A DNA stretch of 52,765 nucleotides from Candidatus Hodarchaeota archaeon (GTDB taxonomy: Archaea; Asgardarchaeota; Heimdallarchaeia; Hodarchaeales; Hodarchaeaceae): NCBI GenBank assembly GCA_029856365.1, contig JAHQWW010000016.1, positions 1-52,765 of the forward strand, given 5' to 3'. Under the pieces are notes generated by a model. It was not told the origin of the DNA. It ran no database searches and saw only the letters and a program-made list of their open reading frames with translations. Of the stretch, positions 50,848-52,765 are shown piece after piece; position 1 is the first letter of the stretch; each line of letters begins with the position of its first letter. The translations under genes were made by a program, and so were the position numbers.

Positions 50848-51468
50848 ATGAAGACAAATCAAATTGTAAGAATAATAATTCCTTTGGTACTCCTTTTAGG
50901 GGCTGCTACTACTTTTTTTGTGGCAGTTCTGGGGAACCAACAGGCAAATACCTCAACTGAGGAAATCCAAGAGTCGAACGCAACTACAAGTAGTTTTGAA
51001 ATGTACCTATTTGTAGAAGGCATCCCTGGAGAAGCTACAGAAAAAAATCACGAAGATTGGATTGATGTACTCGCTTATTCCCATAATATCCAGACTCCAT
51101 ATGAAGTAGGCACAGGACGAAGTGCAGGAAGCGTAGAAAACGCCCCCCTTCGAATCACTAAGATGTTAGATAAGTCATCTCCCAAATTATACGAAGCTTG
51201 TGCTGATGGAAATGTGATTCCTTTAGTTGAACTAGATTTCTGCATGACTAATATAGACCGAGATGTGTTTTACAACATTGAACTTCAAAATGCCAGAATC
51301 GTGTCCGTCCAAGACTTTGGAGTGGTATCAGGAGACTATCCGACCGAAACAGTTTCTTTTACATATGAAAAAGTAAGATGGACATATACAGAGTACGACG
51401 CCGCGGGAAATCCAAAAGGAGATGTGCAATCAGATTGGATCTATTGGGCTGATGAACCCGCTATTTAA
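50848..51468 (+). CDS. hcp: Hcp (type VI secretion tube protein family) domain with N-terminal signal/TM helix
   Basis: MYLFVEGIPGE...HEDWIDVLAYSH...ITKMLDKSSPKLYEAC..G...YNIELQNARIVSV...ETVSFTYEKVRWTY. Start moved to ATG 50848 after GGTGA. Confidence 0.88.
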   Translation: MKTNQIVRIIIPLVLLLGAATTFFVAVLGNQQANTSTEEIQESNATTSSFEMYLFVEGIPGEATEKNHEDWIDVLAYSHNIQTPYEVGTGRSAGSVENAPLRITKMLDKSSPKLYEACADGNVIPLVELDFCMTNIDRDVFYNIELQNARIVSVQDFGVVSGDYPTETVSFTYEKVRWTYTEYDAAGNPKGDVQSDWIYWADEPAI

Positions 51469-51503
51469 TCCTTATCCACGAATTATGTAGCTGTTGAATT
51501 ACT

Positions 51504-52232
51504 ATGAAAATGTCTAAGACATTTTTAATTACCTTATTCCTACTGGTTTTGGCCATCAGAACCTTTCCTGAACTAGCTTTCGCGGATACTTCTAATGAAG
51601 GAAGTGTCGAAGTTCACAAAGTGATTCGAAATGGATCTGGAATATTGATTGGATTGGATTATGACCTGAATTCAACCTCTTTACTGGATACCAACGAATC
51701 ATTGGCGGTTTTAGTAATATTCAGTGATTCTACTAAAGAAGATACACACCCTGTTCAAGCAGCGATGTTATTCTTTCACACTGATGACAATCAATTTTTC
51801 CTCTTTTGGATGCTTGGGGACCCCTTTAAACAAGCCCAGAATTGGCAAAAGGGTACTGAAAATGAGCACTTTCGGATTGATGGTGACCAATTAACCCTCA
51901 TTTTTATTGAATTTTGGGATATTAACAATCCAGAAATCACAATGACAGTTTTAGCCAAGATTAGCTCATGTTGTCAAGTAGAAGCTTACACAAACGATTT
52001 TCGAATAGTCCTGGAGCAATTTATAGCGGAATTGCCAATATTGCATGAATTTCCAATGACAACAACTACGTCTGAGGAGACTTCTGGCCCTTCAACAACA
52101 GGAGAAACAGAAACAAGCACATCCTCAGAAGAATCCTCTCGAACTGATATTGTTTCAGGGTTCACTATCCTCTCAATATTTGGAGTTCTTCTTTCATTGT
52201 TTATCATAAAGAGCCTTACTCGGAAAAAATAA
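51504..52232 (+). CDS. Exported protein with Thr/Ser-rich stalk and PGF-CTERM-like anchor
   Basis: Signal peptide ending AFA, TTTTSEETSGPSTT linker, VSGF + TM + RKK. Confidence 0.8.
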   Translation: MKMSKTFLITLFLLVLAIRTFPELAFADTSNEGSVEVHKVIRNGSGILIGLDYDLNSTSLLDTNESLAVLVIFSDSTKEDTHPVQAAMLFFHTDDNQFFLFWMLGDPFKQAQNWQKGTENEHFRIDGDQLTLIFIEFWDINNPEITMTVLAKISSCCQVEAYTNDFRIVLEQFIAELPILHEFPMTTTTSEETSGPSTTGETETSTSSEESSRTDIVSGFTILSIFGVLLSLFIIKSLTRKK

Positions 52233-52244
52233 GACTTACAGATA

Positions 52245-52280
52245 CTTACTGAGATCGAAGGGGCGTTAAATCCCAGTAAG
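52245..52280. terminator. Stem-loop between convergent genes
   Basis: Minus strand CTTACTGGGAT-N14-ATCTCAGTAAG, an 11-bp stem with one G-U. Confidence 0.35.
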
Positions 52281-52341
52281 AAGCTTGAATAAAAGCAGGC
52301 TCAGCACACGATCTACCTGTGATTCTGTACTCTAATGATCA

Positions 52342-52765
52342 TTAAGGAAATTGAATTTTCTTTCCAATATAACTAATTTCACCTAATTTAAACTGTAATT
52401 TTCCTTCGTCATATCTGTAAATCAACCTTTTTTCTTTATGAAGGAGTTCAAAATTTGTAAAGTATACATCTGCTTCATCAGTGGCATGAAAAGAATGGAG
52501 TGCTGTTTCACTCTCATCTATAGGCAATAAATATTCTCCTTCCCCTATTTTTTCTCCTCGCTCACCAATCTCTGAATCTTCTGACATAAAATTGACATAA
52601 CATAATCCATTTAATACTAAAACTCTTTCAATTTCCTTCATTGCAGTCACTATATCTTTTTTTGATAAATGCATGATTGTATTATATGAATAAACAAAGG
52701 AAAAACTTTCATCAGCAAAATGTAAATCTCTTATATCACCTATCTTAATATTTAGGTCAATATCA
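52342..52765 (-). CDS. Class I SAM-dependent methyltransferase (5'-partial)
   Basis: Frame is open to the window end: GDIRDLHFADESFSFVYSYNTIMHL...EIERVLVLNG. Confidence 0.85.
   Translation of the reverse strand, partial: DIDLNIKIGDIRDLHFADESFSFVYSYNTIMHLSKKDIVTAMKEIERVLVLNGLCYVNFMSEDSEIGERGEKIGEGEYLLPIDESETALHSFHATDEADVYFTNFELLHKEKRLIYRYDEGKLQFKLGEISYIGKKIQFP

Noticed and set aside
1542-52207. Short alternative-frame ORFs in the track (e.g. 1542-1736, 3145-3345, 7432-7704, 14109-14402, 39509-39913, 46744-47073, 48168-48473, 51986-52207)
   Set aside because: They lie inside or antisense to well-supported genes and show no motifs.
50755-52232. A complete type VI secretion system or prophage tail locus
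   Set aside because: Only Hcp is present; neighbours are pirin and a methyltransferase, with no sheath, spike, baseplate or phage genes.

Overview
AT-rich archaeal chromosomal segment, most consistent with an Asgard archaeon of the Heimdallarchaeia/Hodarchaeales type. This assignment is inferred from an HMfB-fold histone with a lysine-rich tail, archaeal tRNA-Gln genes with A1-U72, archaeal apgM, a TrmB regulator, an LRR remnant and Thr-rich PGF-like C-terminal anchors. It holds about 45 genes: four ABC modules, an MFS transporter, peptidases (M20, M24, S8, S9), hydrolases, acetyl- and methyltransferases, two UDG-superfamily genes and regulators. Three loci stand out. (1) A bacterial-type glutaminyl-tRNA synthetase, an enzyme classically absent from Archaea, abuts both tRNA-Gln isoacceptor genes. 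Both carry G73 and A37, and one has a 34-nt D-loop insertion. (2) A tailed histone lies directly downstream of an Eis-family acetyltransferase. (3) An orphan T6SS Hcp tube domain carries an N-terminal signal/TM helix and is paired with a surface-anchored protein. Several gene remnants, some absent from the ORF track, sit in intergenic DNA (histidine kinase C-terminus, GH63-like glucosidase C-terminus, GH2 N-terminus, frameshifted LRR chimera). I saw no rRNA, CRISPR array or transposase. All family assignments come from reading motifs by eye, not from database searches.
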